A stretch of 64,000 bases of DNA, taken from positions 25,051,955 to 25,115,954 of the forward strand of contig NC_057718.1 of assembly GCF_004010195.1 (NCBI RefSeq), in the 5' to 3' direction. Positions 1 to 13,330 of this stretch are shown here, in pieces; the stretch's first letter is position 1, and every line of letters starts with the position of its first letter. Position numbers and translations under genes: made by a program. The notes beneath the pieces are model-generated. The model saw only the letters and a list, made by a program, of their open reading frames with translations, did not search any database and was not told the DNA's origin. This DNA comes from Chiloscyllium plagiosum (taxonomy: Eukaryota).

Positions 1-1097
1 GAGAACTAGCTATTTGGATACAGAACTGGCTCAAAGGTAGAAGACAGGGGGTGGTGGTGGAGGATTGTTTTTCACTGGAGGCTTGTGACCAGTGGAGTGC
101 CACAAGGATCGGTGCTGGGCCCTCTACTTTTTGTCATTTATATAAATGATTTGGATACAAGCATAAGAGGTACAGTTAGTAAGTTTGCAGATGACACCAA
201 AATTGGACGTGATTTGGACAGCGAAGAGGGTTACGTCAGATTACAACAGGATCTGGACCAGATGAGCCACTGGGCTGAGAAGTGGCAGATGGGAGTTTAA
301 TTCAGATAAATGCGAGGTGCTGTATTTTGGGAAAGCAAATTTTAGCAGGACTTATACACTTAATGGTAAGGTTTGAGGGAGTGTTGCTGAACAAAGAGAC
401 CTTGGAGTGCAGGTTCATAGCTCCTTGAAAGTGGAGTCGCAGATAGATAAGACAGTGAAGAAGGCGTTTGATATGCTTTCCTTTATTGGTCAGAGGATTG
501 AGTACAGGGTTGGGAAGTCATGTTGCGGCTGTACAGGACATTGGTTAGGCCACTGTTGGAATATTGCATGCAATTCTGGTCTCCTTCCTATCGGAAAGAT
601 GTTGTGAAACTTGAAAGGGTTCAGAAAAGATTTACAAGGATGTTGCCAGGGTTGGAGGATCTGAGCTACAGGGAGAGGCTGAATAGGCTGGGGCTGTTTT
701 CCCTGGAATGTCGGAGACTGAGGGGTGACCTTATAGAGGTTTATAAAATAATGAGGGACATGATAGGATAAGTAGACAAAGTCTTTTCCCTGGGCTCGGG
801 GAGTCCAGAACTAGAGGACATAGGTTTAGGGTGAGAGGGGAAAGATATAAAAGAGACCGAAGGGGCAAATTTTTCACGCAGAGGGTGGAATGTGTATGGA
901 ACGAGCTGCCAGAGGATGTGGTGGAGGTTGGTACAATTGCAACATTTAAGAGGCATTTGGATGGGTATATGAATAGGAAGGGTTTGGAGGGATATGGGCC
1001 GGGTGCTGGCAGGTGGGACTAGATTACATTGGGATATCTGGTCGGCATGGACAGGTTGGAACGAAGGGTCGGTTTCCATGCTGTACATCTCTATGAA
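1..1097 (+). mobile_element. CR1/HER1-type LINE, 3' part (decayed RT and tail)
   Basis: [47 protein letters not shown] motifs with frameshifts. Confidence 0.93.
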
Positions 1098-1539
1098 TCT
1101 GGTAATTTATTGCATTGCTGCTTCTGAGAGCTTGTAATGAGCAAATTGGCTGCAGTATTCCTACAACAGTGATGACATTTCAAATTGAATGTAATGCACT
1201 TCAAAGTCCAGTGGTTATGTGAAGCACTATATGTGAATATAAGCCTTTTTTAACTGTTAGTTATTGACTAGAATAACATTTGGAGTTTTGGGCCCAAATA
1301 TTCCTTCATGTTATAATACAACATATTAAGATTAGAAGGGGGATAAATGAAATAACAAAAAGAATCAAACTAGTTCAGTTCTCAAAACTTTTATCTCTCA
1401 AAAGAAATTAAGAGTCAAGTCCCTTAACATCAACTGTTTGCAATGCTCTCCACATCATTGCAAACTCTGTCCCAATTTCCATCCTCTACTTAGTGGCCCT
1501 ACTCTGTGATGTACATTTCCATCAAGCTTATTATTTTTT

Positions 1540-2250
1540 TCTTTAATCATGGAATGCATCCCTGGCCAGGCTAAGATTTATTGCTTATCTCTAATTCCTT
1601 TTGATGGTGAGCAGCCTTCTCAAATTGTTGCTTTCCATGGGATTGTTTGGGACCCAGCAATGGTGAATAGCAACACATTTGCAAATCAGGATGGTGCATA
1701 CATTTGTAAAGGTGGTGTTTGCCTTTTCATTTCAAGGGGTAGAGGTAACAGGTTTGGAAGGTGCTACCTAAGAAGCCTTGGTTTATCGCTGCACTGTATT
1801 CTGCAGATGGTATACATTTAGTGACATGAGAGGAGGAGGAGGTGGTGGATGGGATGCCAATCAAGCAGGCTGGTATATCTCAGACAGTACTTAGCTTCAA
1901 AATGGTTTCTTGGAGTTAAACCTCATTGAGGGAACTGAAGAATATTCCATCACTCTGGACTTTTGCTTTGCAGGTCAGCAAAAGCTTTGAGGAGTCGAGT
2001 TCCTTGTCAGGTAATTCTCAGCTTCTGGTCTGCTTTTGCAAACACAATAATAATATGGCTGATCCAGTTTTCATTCTGGTAAATGATAATCCTCAGGACA
2101 TCTATGATGAGGGATTCAGTGATTGTAATGGCATCAAATATCAAGGGAAGTTGGCCATATTTTCTTGTTGGAGTTGATCTTGCCTGGCACCAATATAACA
2201 CAAATATTTCTTACCAATTATCAGCCTAAGTCTGTATATTGTTCAGGACT
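1540..2250 (-). mobile_element. Old non-CR1 LINE fragment (clade unassigned)
   Basis: Similar to the copies at 16850-18230 and 36010-38630; heavily decayed. Confidence 0.55.
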
Positions 2251-3359
2251 CACTACCAGCAAATTACTTCAGTACATATAAAATACATTTCAACATTTAT
2301 TTCCGTCGCCAATAACACCTTTAATGAATTTGGCTCAGGTTTTGTCAGTGGGATCCACTTTAACAATGTCACTTTTTGACTATTGATCCATAGTTTTACA
2401 CTAAACTCAGTTATGTGATGGTCACTAATAATGGAATCAAAACACATGACTCCCCAAGAACCTTACAGAAAATCCCAGAATGACTAAATCAGGTGTAGGG
2501 TTGACCACAAACACTAAAGTTGTGTTAAGTTGGGCCAAGCAGTTAAATATCTTAACCGTATCAGAACCAGTACGGTATTCTCAATATTTTTGCGATTATG
2601 CGGGGTGTCTTCATTGTGTGTTATTGGGAGGACTGTTGAATTGTTCTGAAGTAGCAGTCGAATAAATGATCATGTTATGTGGTTGCTTTGGCATTTAGAA
2701 TGTAAACAAGGTGTTATGGGAGATCATAGAAGGAAACAACACAGCAGAATGGCAACCAGTCAGACATAAAAGGAAATAGTAAATAAAGTGAGAAGCAGAT
2801 GTCAATACTATAAAGCAGAAGAGATGAATCCTTGATTGCAAATAGTAAAGCTCTAAAGCTTATTGCATTTTTCATTCGTTTTTAGTTTATTTGATAGCTT
2901 TGCACAACCATGAGAAAGGAGCAAGAGAGCAGACCAACTGGATAAATCTTTCAAAGAGCCGGCAGACATGACATTGTCATCTGTTCTCTCTCATACTGCA
3001 CAATTCTACAATAACTTTTATTTGTAAGTACTGTACTTGTGGAAGCCTTGTCTTTAATATCTCAACAACCTCATCAAAATGGACATGATGTAGATCTGTT
3101 TCTGTGTTTCTTAGCATTGCTGTTATCTTCAAAAATCCAAGGCACATAGAAAATTGATCTGAACGCATAAAATACAATGGTTATCATTCTACATTCAGTG
3201 CCATGTGTACTTGTTTCATGTTCCAAACCTCAAAGCCACAACAAGCACATATCATTCTTTCAACATGTTGCAGTTAAGACCAAATTTAGAATGTTTGGGT
3301 TGCTGATCCCAAAAACACCAAGACTATTAAAACTTTAAAAATCACAAACTTGTGCAGAT

Positions 3360-3810
3360 ACATACAAATATATGAACTAGGAACCAGAGTAGGCCACTCA
3401 GCACTTTAAGCCTGCTCTGCCTCAATAAGATCATGATTGATCGATTGTAATCTCAACTCTCCATTTCTTCATATCCCTGATAGTCTTTCATTCCCTTAAT
3501 AATCAAGAATCTAGCAATCTCTGCCTTAAAAACATGAAAACATTCTGCACCCACTGCCTTAAAGGAAGGGAATTCCAATGACTCTGAACCCTCAGAGAAA
3601 AAAAATGTTCCCTCATCTGTCTTAAATAGGAGACACCTTATTTTTAAACTATGACCCCTAGTTTTAGATTCTCCCACAAGAGAGAATATCGTTTTAACAC
3701 CCGGTCAAGTTTCCTCAGGATCTTTTTTGTTTAATTAAGTCACCTCTGATTTTTCCAAATTTCATAGGAAACAGGCCTAGCTGTCTCGCCTTCCTTCATA
3801 AGGAAATACA
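3360..3810 (-). mobile_element. CR1 LINE 3' fragment
   Basis: GESKTRGHSLKIR..FF motif and typical CR1 tail. Confidence 0.75.
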
Positions 3811-4116
3811 ACACATTCTTAAATGATCAGATAAATCATACACAGCAATTCATTGCCATGTTGTTTAATATACTCTGGTTATGAAATGCAGTTTAGATTT
3901 ATCCAAAGCATGTAGAAAGGTTTTACGCTCAGGTACATCTGTTCATTTAGCCACACACATTGCAGAAATAAAAAGAAATAGTGGATACTATTCATATGAA
4001 CTCAAAAGTTAAGAGGAAAAGTTGTGGAGAATAAAGTTTGTGCATGGCAATGAATTCTGGACACAACAATAAAGATTGCACAGTAGGACTGCAGCTGGCA
4101 GTTTTCAAAAATAAAG

Positions 4117-4122
4117 TTTATT
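4117..4122 (-). promoter_or_regulatory. Candidate FH polyadenylation signal (AATAAA)
   Basis: tttatt on the plus strand, ~45 nt past the FH stop. No transcript data available. Confidence 0.45.
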
Positions 4123-4165
4123 TTCCATTACTGTAGACCAATGAGAGCTTAAGTATTGTTAAATA

Positions 4166-4308
4166 TTACTTGGGGCCAAGCATTTCACTTGGTTTGACCC
4201 ACTGTTCAAATTGCTCTGGTGTAAGGTATCCCAACTTGACTGCCATCTCTTTTAATGTTGTACCTTCTTTGTGGGCTGCCTTGGCAATCTTTGCTGCTTT
4301 GTCATAAC
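4166..4308 (-). CDS. FH: Fumarate hydratase exon 10 (last coding exon)
   Basis: (G)[50 protein letters not shown] (TAA at 4168-4166); 143 nt. Confidence 0.98.
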
Positions 4309-4774
4309 CTGCAAGTAGAAACATAAATAGTTATTCCTTGGTTACAAATAATCCAGAATTATTCCAATTTTACGAGAACCCCACAGAGCAATTCATGCAA
4401 ATATACTTCATTCTCAACTGCCTATAGTCAAAAACAAAATGCTCAAATTTGTTGATCATAAATATAAACTGAAGAATGAGGGGGGTTCTCAATTCAAACT
4501 TCAAATCACACAAGGCATCATCCATTCTGGTACAATGCGGGCTATGAAACGTGGGAACCAACTTACTGGTTGCCAATAATCAACTTCCCTCAATCCTTCA
4601 TGCTGAACATCACCTGGAGAATGCACTGAGTGTATGTGTTCCAAACAGAGAACGTACATATTCAAAACTGACTGACTGAGTTGACTTAATCGTAACAGAC
4701 TGAACCTAACAAGACCTCAAAGACATATCTGCAGACTGATTTTTGTTTCAAATCAACAACACTACTTAGTAAAA

Positions 4775-4904
4775 CCAAAAGGACGGTGGATGCTGGAAAT
4801 CAGAAACAAAAACAGAAATTGCTTGAAAAGCTCAGCAGGTCTGGCAGCATCTGTGGAGAGAAATCAGAGTTAACGTTTCTGGTCCAGTAACCCTTCCTCA
4901 GAAC
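4775..4904 (-). mobile_element. Short Penelope pseudo-LTR-like element with hammerhead motif (family A)
   Basis: Minus strand gttCTGAGGA-A-GGGTTactgGACCA-GAAAC-GTT-aac followed by cagatgctgccagacctgctgag; near-identical relative at 11897-11996. Confidence 0.7.
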
Positions 4905-4963
4905 AGCTATTTCCCAAAGTAAAAACAAAAGCAATAATATCCATTTACAGACTACTGTCTTAC

Positions 4964-5117
4964 CAATATGTGGGTTAAGTGCTGTCACCAACATTAGTGA
5001 TTCATTCATTAACTTGTCAATTCTTTGTGTGTTAGCCTGAATTCCAACCACACAGTGGTCTGTGAAGGATACACATGAATCTCCAATCAGTTGGGCTGAA
5101 TTAAGCACATTTTTGAT
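4964..5117 (-). CDS. FH: Fumarate hydratase exon 9
   Basis: [51 protein letters not shown](G); 154 nt; AG/GT flanks. Confidence 0.98.
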
Positions 5118-5294
5118 CTGAAAGAGAGGAACAAATATATTGAAACATCTTGGTTAGAAAATGCAACAAATGTAAAGAACTGAACATTGCTCATTTTTTG
5201 TGTCCCCATCAAATTTATCCAAATCAGGGATGATGACTGATGAGATGAGAAACACCTCTTCCTTCCCCAACACTATGTTGTCTTAAAAATAAAG

Positions 5295-7924
5295 GGATCG
5301 TAAAGACAGACTGACGGGCAGAGGGGGTGGGGTGGCCATGTTGGTAAGGGATGATATTCAGTCCCTTGCGCGGGGGGACCTAGAATCAGGGGATGTCGAG
5401 TCAGTATGGATAGAGTTGAGAAATTCTAAGGGTAAAAAGACCTTCTTGGGAGTTATCTACGGGCCCCCAAACAGTACTCTGGATGTCGGATGCAAGTAGA
5501 ATCAGTAGCTGAAATTGGCCTGTCGCAAAGATGTTACTACAGTTGTTATGGGGGATTTCAACATGCAGGTTGACTGGGAGAATCAGGATAGTATTGGACC
5601 TCAAGAAAGAGGCTTTGTGGAGTGCCTTCGAGATGGATTCTTAGCACAGCTGGTGCTGGAGCCTACCAGGGAGAAGGCAATTCTGGATCTGGTATTGTGC
5701 AACGAACCAGAATTGATTAGGGACCTCGAAGTGAAGGAGCCATTGGGGAGTAGTGACCATAATACATTAAGCTTCAATCTGCAAGTTGAGAGGGAGAGGG
5801 TACAATCAGAAGTGACAATATTTCTGTTGAATAAAGGGAACTATGGAGCTATGAGGGAGGAGCTGGCCAAAGTTCAATGGTGCAATACCTTAGCAGAAAT
5901 GACAGTGGAGGAACAATGGCAGATAATTCTGTGTATAATGCAGAAGATGCAGGATCAGTTCATTCCAAAAAGGAAGAAAGATCTTAGGAGGAGGCATGGG
6001 TGGCCGTGGCTGACGAGGAAAGTTAAGAAACATATAAAGTTAAAAGAGAAAAAGTATAACATAGCAAAGATAAGTGGGAAAGCGGAGGACTTGGAAGCTT
6101 TTAAAAAACAACAGAGGATTACTAAGAAGGAAATACGCAGAGAAAAAAATGAGGTATGAAGGTAAACTGGCCAAAAATATAAAGGAGAATGGTAAAAGCT
6201 TTCTTAGGTATGTGAAAGGCAAAAAAAATGGTTAAGTCTAAAATTGGGCCCTTGAAGACAGAAACAGGGGAATATATTACGGGGAACAAAGAAATGGCAG
6301 AAGAATTGAATTGGTACTTCAGATCTGTGTTCACTGGGGAAGACACAAACAATCTCCCTGAGGTAACAGTGGCTGAAGGCAGAACTNNNNNNNNNNNNNN
6401 NNNNNNNNNNNNNNNNNNNNNNNNNNNNNNNNNNNNNNNNNNNNNNNNNNNNNNNNNNNNNNNNNNNNNNNNNNNNNNNNNNNNNNNNNNNNNNNNNNNN
6501 NNNNNNNNNNNNNNNNNNNNNNNNNNNNNNNNNNNNNNNNNNNNNNNNNNNNNNNNNNNNNNNNNNNNNNNNNNNNNNNNNNNNNNNNNNTGGATAGTAG
6601 TAACAGGATAGGTCAGAGTCAGCATGGATTTATGAAGGGGAAATCATGCTCGACTAATCTTCTGGAATTTTTTAAGGATGTAACTCTGAAGATGGACGAG
6701 GGAGGTCCAGTAGATGTTGTGTACCTGGACTTCCAGAAAGCTTTTGATAAAGTCCCACATAAGAGCTTAGTGAGCAAAATTAGGGTGCATGGTATTGGGG
6801 GCAAAGTACTAACTTGGATTGAAAGTTGGTTGGTTGACAGGAAACAAAGAGTAGAGATAAACGGCTCCATTTCGGAATGGCAGGCAGTGACCAGTGGGAT
6901 CCGTGCTGGGACTACAGGGATCCGTGCTGGGACCGCAGCTTTTTATAATATATATTAATGATATTGAAGATGGTATTAATAATACCATTAGCAAATTTGC
7001 TGATGATACTAAGCTCGGTGGCAGGGTGAAATGTGAGGAGGATGTTAGGAGATTACAGGGTGACCTGGACAGGTTAGGTGAGTGTCAGATGCATGGCAGA
7101 TGCAGTTTAATGTGGATAAATGTATGGTTATCCACTTTGGCGGCAAGAACAGGAAGGCAGATTACTACCTAAATGGAATCAATTTAGGTAAAGGGGCAGT
7201 ACAAAGAGATCTGGGTGTTCTTGTACACCAGTCAATGAAGGTAAGCATGCAGGTACAGCAGATAGTGAAGGCGGCTAATAACATACTGGCCTTCATAACA
7301 AGAGGGATTGAGTATAGAAGCAAAGAGGTGCTTCTGCATTTGTACAGGGCCCTGGTGAGACCACACCTGAAGTACTGTGTGCGCTGTTCTGGTCTCCAAA
7401 TTTGAGGAAAGACATTATGGCTATTGAGAGAGTGCAGCGTAGGTTCACGAGGTCAATTCCTGGAATGGCGGGACTACCTTACGCTGAAAGACTGGAGCAA
7501 CTAGGCTTGTATACCCTTGAGTTTAGAAGACTGAAGGGGATCTGATTGAGACATATAAGATTATTAAAGGATTGGACACTCTGGAGGCAGGAAACATGCT
7601 TCCGCTGATGGGTGAGTGCTGAACCAGAGGACACAGCTTAAAAATACGAGGTAGACCATTTAGGACAGAGATGAGGAGAAACTTCTTCACCCAGAGAGTG
7701 GTGGTGTGTGGAATCCTCTGCCCCAGAGGGCAGTGGAGGCCCAGTCTCTGGATTCATTTAAGAAAGAGTTGGATAGAGCTCTCAAGGATAGTGGAATGAA
7801 GGGTTATGGAGATAAGGCAGGAACAGGACACTGATTAAGGATGATCAGCCATGATCATATTGAATGGTGGTGCAGGCTCGAAGGGCAGAATGGCCTACTC
7901 CTGCACCTATTGTCTATTGTCTAT
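5295..7924 (+). mobile_element. CR1 LINE, near-complete ORF2 (APE endonuclease + RT), disrupted
   Basis: VMGDFN, LDLVL, GSSDHN endonuclease motifs; YLDFQKAFDKVPH and KFADDTK RT motifs; (ctattgt)n tail; spans the N gap. Confidence 0.95.
6387..6590. other. Assembly gap (204 N)
   Basis: Run of N inside a CR1 copy. Confidence 1.
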
Positions 7925-7929
7925 CCAGC

Positions 7930-8635
7930 TCCAACCCCAAGGCTGAGTGGAAAAATTATGCCTGGAACACCAATGTAGTACTGACAGAGCGCCGCACTGT
8001 CAGAAATGCCATCTTTCGGATGAGAAACAAGATTAGATCAGAGAGTAGATTCCTTACAGTGTTGGAAACAGGCCCTTCGGTCCAACAAGTCCATGCCAAC
8101 CCTCCGAAGAGTAACCCATCCAGACCCATTTCCCTCTGACTAATGCACCAAACACTACGGGCAATTTAGCATGGCCAATCCACCAGATCTGCACATCTTT
8201 GGATTGCGGGAGGAAACTGGAGCACCCGGAGGAAACCCACGCAGACACGGTGAGAATGCGCAAACTCCACGCAGACAGTTGCCCGAGGCTGGAATCGAAC
8301 CCGGGTCCCTGGTGCTGTGAGGTTGCAGTGCTAACCACTGAGCCACTGTGCCGCCCTAAAACGAGACTCCATTTATCTATTTGGGTGGGTTGGATAGATC
8401 CCACCGCACTAATCTGAAGATGAACTGGGGATTATCCCTGTCCTGCCAATATTTGTCACTCAATCCATATCACAATAACAATTATCTGGTTGTCATTGTT
8501 TCTGTTTGTGGGAGCTTGCTGTCTGCAAATTGGCTATGTTTCTAGTGACTAGACTTCAAAATGATTCCAATGGCTGTAAAAGTACTTTGAGACATCTGAT
8601 GGCTATGCGAAGTGCTGTACAATTGCATGTTGCTT
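7930..8635 (+). mobile_element. DeuSINE (SacSINE1/AmnSINE-like) interrupted by an HE1 SINE
   Basis: Deu-domain-like gtactgacagagcgccgcactgtcagaaatgccatctttcggatgaga resumes after the HE1 copy; tail gtttgtgggagcttgctgtctgcaaattggct. Confidence 0.65.
8029..8356 (-). mobile_element. HE1-type tRNA-derived V-SINE
   Basis: Minus-strand head ggcggcacagtggctcagtggttagcactgc (A box) and ggttcgattcc (B box); V-domain ctgcgtgggtttcctccgggtgctcc; CR1-like tail. Confidence 0.9.
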
Positions 8636-9963
8636 TTTCCTCCTCTGCATCAGAAAATTCAACCTTTCAAGAGCTTAAATATCACATTGCTCAGAAACAA
8701 AAAGAGGGCTGACTACAAAACAAAAAGTCTGTTGAGACCTAGTACTATTTACTACACAGACTATATTTTGAACAGCAGTGACAATGCAGGATTCCTGTAT
8801 TTTGAAGCTTCTTAAAAAACAAAAATACAGTTCACTGTGTTGAGAATATGGAACTCACAACCATGTGGAATGGTTGAGAACACTTAATGGCAAGTTAGAT
8901 AAGGGAAAAAAATGAATAAGAATGTGCTGGGATGAAATGAAGTAAACAGAGTAGGAGTAGGCTTGTGTGGGGCGCATGCTGGGGCACTGAGTAAATTTGA
9001 AGGAGAGATAGACAGATTTTTAAATAGTAATGTCATGAAGGAATATGGGGAGTGGGCAGCAAAGTGGAGTTGAGGCCAAGATGAGATCAGCTGAGATTGC
9101 ACGAAATGGTACAGCAGGCTCAAAGAGCTGAATTGCTCTTAGTTCTTATAAAACACCAGCAGAGAAATAATGACATATTAATTCGAAATAATTCAATGGT
9201 TCTGTTACAAAGTAACTGTGAGGAGCCACAGAAACACTAAATTCTGACAGTGGCAAACTTGGCTGACCATGCCAATTGTTTTCGTCTTTGCACTTTGAAC
9301 AACCAGTCTCAAAAACTTGCAATATAACTCCTTTCTTGCACATGCTTTAGGAGGGCAGCAGTAGAAAGGCAACATAAATAAGGAAAGGGAATTAGCTTTG
9401 CGACCTCAAGTTATCACAAAGCCCTTCACAACCAAAGAAGGACTTCTGAAGTGTAGTCATTGCTGTTAATACAGAAAAATACAACCACCAACTTGGATAT
9501 GGCAAGGTCCCTCATAAATTATCATTACCAACTTTTTTAAGATTAGTTGTTTGAATCTGTTTGGCTTTGATATCGAAGCCCTGGTGACACACAGTGACAA
9601 TTTGAAGTCCTGAATTGGAATTGTAGTGTCCTCCTTCCCCTACCGCTAATCAAAAGTTAATGATTCCTCTTGCTCTTCCCCATTTCAGCATTAGCAATGC
9701 AGAATGCACTATCATTCTAGAAATCAGTTCAAGACCCAAAACACAATCTAACAGGAAATGAAGTTTGAGCATTAATATGTTATTTTAAAATATGCCTCGG
9801 CAAAAAAGGACTGTATATCAATAACAGTTGGAGTTCGAAGAAAATCAATTATTCAGCCACTCAACAATAATATTAAATCATTGTATAGGTAGAAATGCAT
9901 ATGGACCTACATATTTAACAGTAGCCAATTCTTTTGAATATTATCAGATCTCCCAGCACTTAC

Positions 9964-10091
9964 TATCATGGGTTTGAAAACATTCAGCTCGAAGTGGCCA
10001 TTACTTCCGCCAACAGTAACAGCAACATGATTTCCCATGACCTGTGCTGCGACCATGGTAATAGCTTCACACTGGGTGGGGTTTACCTTAC
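9964..10091 (-). CDS. FH: Fumarate hydratase exon 8
   Basis: (G)[42 protein letters not shown]; 128 nt; gtaagt donor. Confidence 0.98.
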
Positions 10092-10339
10092 CTGTCAAAA
10101 CACAAAAATGCAATTAACATTTGCCATACAAGCTACAATCACACATTACCAGAAATAGGAATTTTTATTACGTCCTTACTGCAAATGCATGATCGTACAA
10201 GATGATCTTGTTAGCAACTTGAAGTGAAACTGCTTTCTGATTAGCAATTGTCATGTCTAGACTTAACATTCTTACAGTCAGCTGTGGTTCCCAAAAACCT
10301 AGTGGTGCAGTTATTTTCTTAAGCTGAATCCTGCAGATA

Positions 10340-11225
10340 TTCAACTTGAAATAAACCTGGAAGTACTCAGCATTTCAGGAAGGATCTGTGGAGAGGGACG
10401 AGAGATAATGTTTCAGGTGGGTGACCTTACATTAGAAAATGTTTTTTGAACAAGGGGTGAGAGTGGGACAAGGACAAAAGGAATGTTTGCACTATGGTGA
10501 AAGACAGAAGAGAATGAACACTTGAAGAATTCGCCTTCCAGGGTCAATGGTAATGATGCAAGAAAAGAAACAAAGCAAGATGTGCCTAGAACAGATGTGA
10601 TACTGTCAGAAAGAAAAAAAAAATTAAACTCAAACAAAATGAAACAAAAATGGGGCCGGGGTAATCAATTGAACTTGCTGAACTCAATTTTGATTCCAGA
10701 AGATGGTCAATTATTTAACTGAAAGATGAGATGATGTTCATCAAGCTTATGTTAACCTTCACTGAAACATTGGAGTAAGCAGACAGCAGAATTGTCAGTG
10801 CAACAGCAAGGTGGTTAATTAAAATGACGCCTGCCAGAATCTTGGCATGAGGTTTGGCATGTGAAAGCAGGTGTTTCACAAAGTATTCAACCAATCTGTG
10901 TTTGCTCTCCACAGTGTAGAAGGGGGCATATTGTCAGAAGTGAATACAATAGACCAGATTGAAAGGAATACTCACAAATCTCTGCTTTTCATGGAAGGAA
11001 GATTGGACGCCTTAGATGGTAAGGAGTGAGAAGATAAAAGTGCTGCTAGTATATCTTCAGCACTTGCATTAAACAAATTTATGGGAAGGTTATGGGATGT
11101 TGGAGGTGACTTGGACCAAGATACAATGGAGAGAATGGTGCCTACAGAATACTGAAAGGGAAGAATAGGGGGAGATGTATTTGGATGACTCATTACACTG
11201 GAGGTAGTGGAAAATAATATGGAAT
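10340..11225 (-). mobile_element. Decayed Penelope-like element, 3' part (GIY-YIG C-terminus and pLTR remnant)
   Basis: Minus-strand remnant resembling KLxEHHLIFQL..LxxSGIKIEFSKF; degenerate pLTR at ~10350-10435. Appears to continue at 12790-13330 beyond a CR1 insertion. Confidence 0.55.
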
Positions 11226-11227
11226 AT

Positions 11228-12785
11228 GGAAACAAAGAAACACAGAAATAAGGAGGAGGAGTTGGCCAGTTGGCCCTTTGAGCCTAGTCTGCCATTAAAT
11301 ATGATCATTACTGATCATTCATTTAATATTCTGTTCCTGCTTACCCCCCCCAACACCCTTTGATCCCGTTAGCACTAAAACCTAAATCCAACTCCTTCTT
11401 GAAAACATTTGATTTTTGGCCTCAACTGCTTACTGTGGCAGAGAAATCCACAGACTCACCACACTGTGGGTGAAGAAATTTCACTTCACCTCAGTCCAAA
11501 ATGGTCTCCCTGTATCCTTAAACTGCGACACTTGGTTCTCGGCTCCCCAATAATCAGGGTTTTCTTTCCGTCACAATGTATCTAATCCTGTTCAAATTGT
11601 GTGCATTTCTATGAGACTTGACCACTTCCCACCCGACTTTTCCAAACTCCAGTGAATAACTGATCCATTCTCTTTTCATACATCAGTCCTGCTGTCCCAA
11701 GAATCAGTCTGGCCAGCTTTGACAAAGGGTCAGTTTGACTCAAAACGTCAGCTCTTTTCTCTCCTTACAGATGCTGCCAGACCTGCTGAGATTTTCCAGC
11801 ATTTTCTCTTTTGGTCAACTTTTGTTGTATTCCCTCCATAGACAGAGGGCATCCTTCCTCAGATAAGGAGATCAAACCTGTAAACAATATTCCGGGAACA
11901 AAAGCATAAGTTGCTGGAAAAGCTCAGCAGGTCTGGCAGCATCTGTGCAGAGAAATCAGAGTTAACATTTTGGGTCCAGTGACCCTTCCTCAGAACTCCA
12001 GGTGTGGTCTCATCAAAGCCCTGTAGAACTGCTAAAACACACACCTCTCCTATACTTGACCCCTCACATAATGAAGGCAGATATACATTTGCCTTCTTCA
12101 CTACTTACTCCAGCCACATGCTTAACTTTCAGTGACTTATGTGCAAAGATGCACAAGTCCGGTTGCACCTCACCCTTTCCCAACTGATCATTATTCAGTG
12201 AAGAATCTGCCTTCTGGTTTTTGATATCAAAATGGACAACCTCGTATTTATCTACATTTGACTTCATCTGGCATGCATCTGCTCCCTCCCTGTCCAAATT
12301 ACACTGAAGAGCTTCTGCATTCTCCTAACAGTTGAACATCCCAGACAGCTTTGTGTCATCTGCAAACTTGCGAGATAGTACATTTAGTTCCCTCATCTAA
12401 ACCATTAACATATATTGTGAATAATTGGGGGCAAGCGCTATTCAACTAATCACTGGCTGTCACATGGTAAAAGATCAGTTTATTTCTATTCTTTGCTTCC
12501 TGTTCTCTATCTAGATCAGTACTCCAAGCTCAAGCACTTTAATTTTACAGGCAAATATCTCACATGGCACTCACTGAAAACTTCCTAAAAGTCCAAGTAA
12601 ATTGCTCTATTGGCTCTCCCTTATCAACTCTACTAATTACATCCTTGAAAAATTCAAGTAGGTTTGTGAACCACAATTTCCTTTTTGTAAATCCACACCG
12701 ACTCTGTCCAATTCTTTCACTATTTGCCAAGCACTCAGCTGTTTTATTTTTTAGACGGACTCTAGTATTTTCATTCCACCTGACA
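11228..12785 (-). mobile_element. CR1 LINE (decayed RT and tail) carrying two short pLTR-type insertions
   Basis: CR1 tail at 11228 and KFADDTK (reverse complement ~12350-12370); inserts at ~11718-11815 and ~11897-11996. Confidence 0.8.
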
Positions 12786-12789
12786 TCAG

Positions 12790-13330
12790 GTGATGGTGGG
12801 TGTTAGGGTGGAAGGTAAAGACAAGGGGGAACCTTCTTGCGGTTCTGGGAGGGCAAGGGTTAAGAGCAGAGGTGCAGAAAGTAGATTGGATTCGTCAACA
12901 GCCCTCTCAACTACAATTAGGGAGGATTCTCACCTGAACAGAATACTGTCATGGAAGGTTGCATCACAAGAACTGATGCAATAGAGACTGAGAAACTGAG
13001 GGAATAGAATGGAATCCTTATGGCAGTTGAGTGCACAGAAGCGTAGTCAAATTAGCTGTGGGAAAATAATGAATTAATTGATGGCCTATCACCGGGAATG
13101 AAGACAGAGAAGTCAAGGACGGAAAGAGAAGAGTTGAATGCGGACCATGAGAAATGGAGGAAAGGTTGGAAATTGGAGGCAAGGTTTTAAGTCTTTTTCC
13201 AATTTAGTACAACAGCAGGCTATTGCAGACATCATTAGTAACTTTTCACAGTTCTGATGAAAGGTCACATTCTTGAAACATTCTCTCTCTTACGGATGCT
13301 ACTTGACTTTCTGAGTATTTGTCAAGCACG
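12790..13330 (-). mobile_element. Penelope-like internal remnant with inverted pLTR fragment
   Basis: Purine-rich decayed ORF; plus-strand gttCTGATGAaaggtcacattcttGAAAC at ~13251-13280. Confidence 0.45.

Noticed and set aside
6896..6933. 17-bp direct repeat gggatccgtgctgggac
   Set aside because: Local slippage or template switch inside a dead CR1 RT; not an array.
8270..8356. tRNA-like A/B boxes as tRNA genes (also ~32850-32925, ~54511-54590)
   Set aside because: They are heads of HE1 SINEs, continuous with the V domain and LINE-derived tail.
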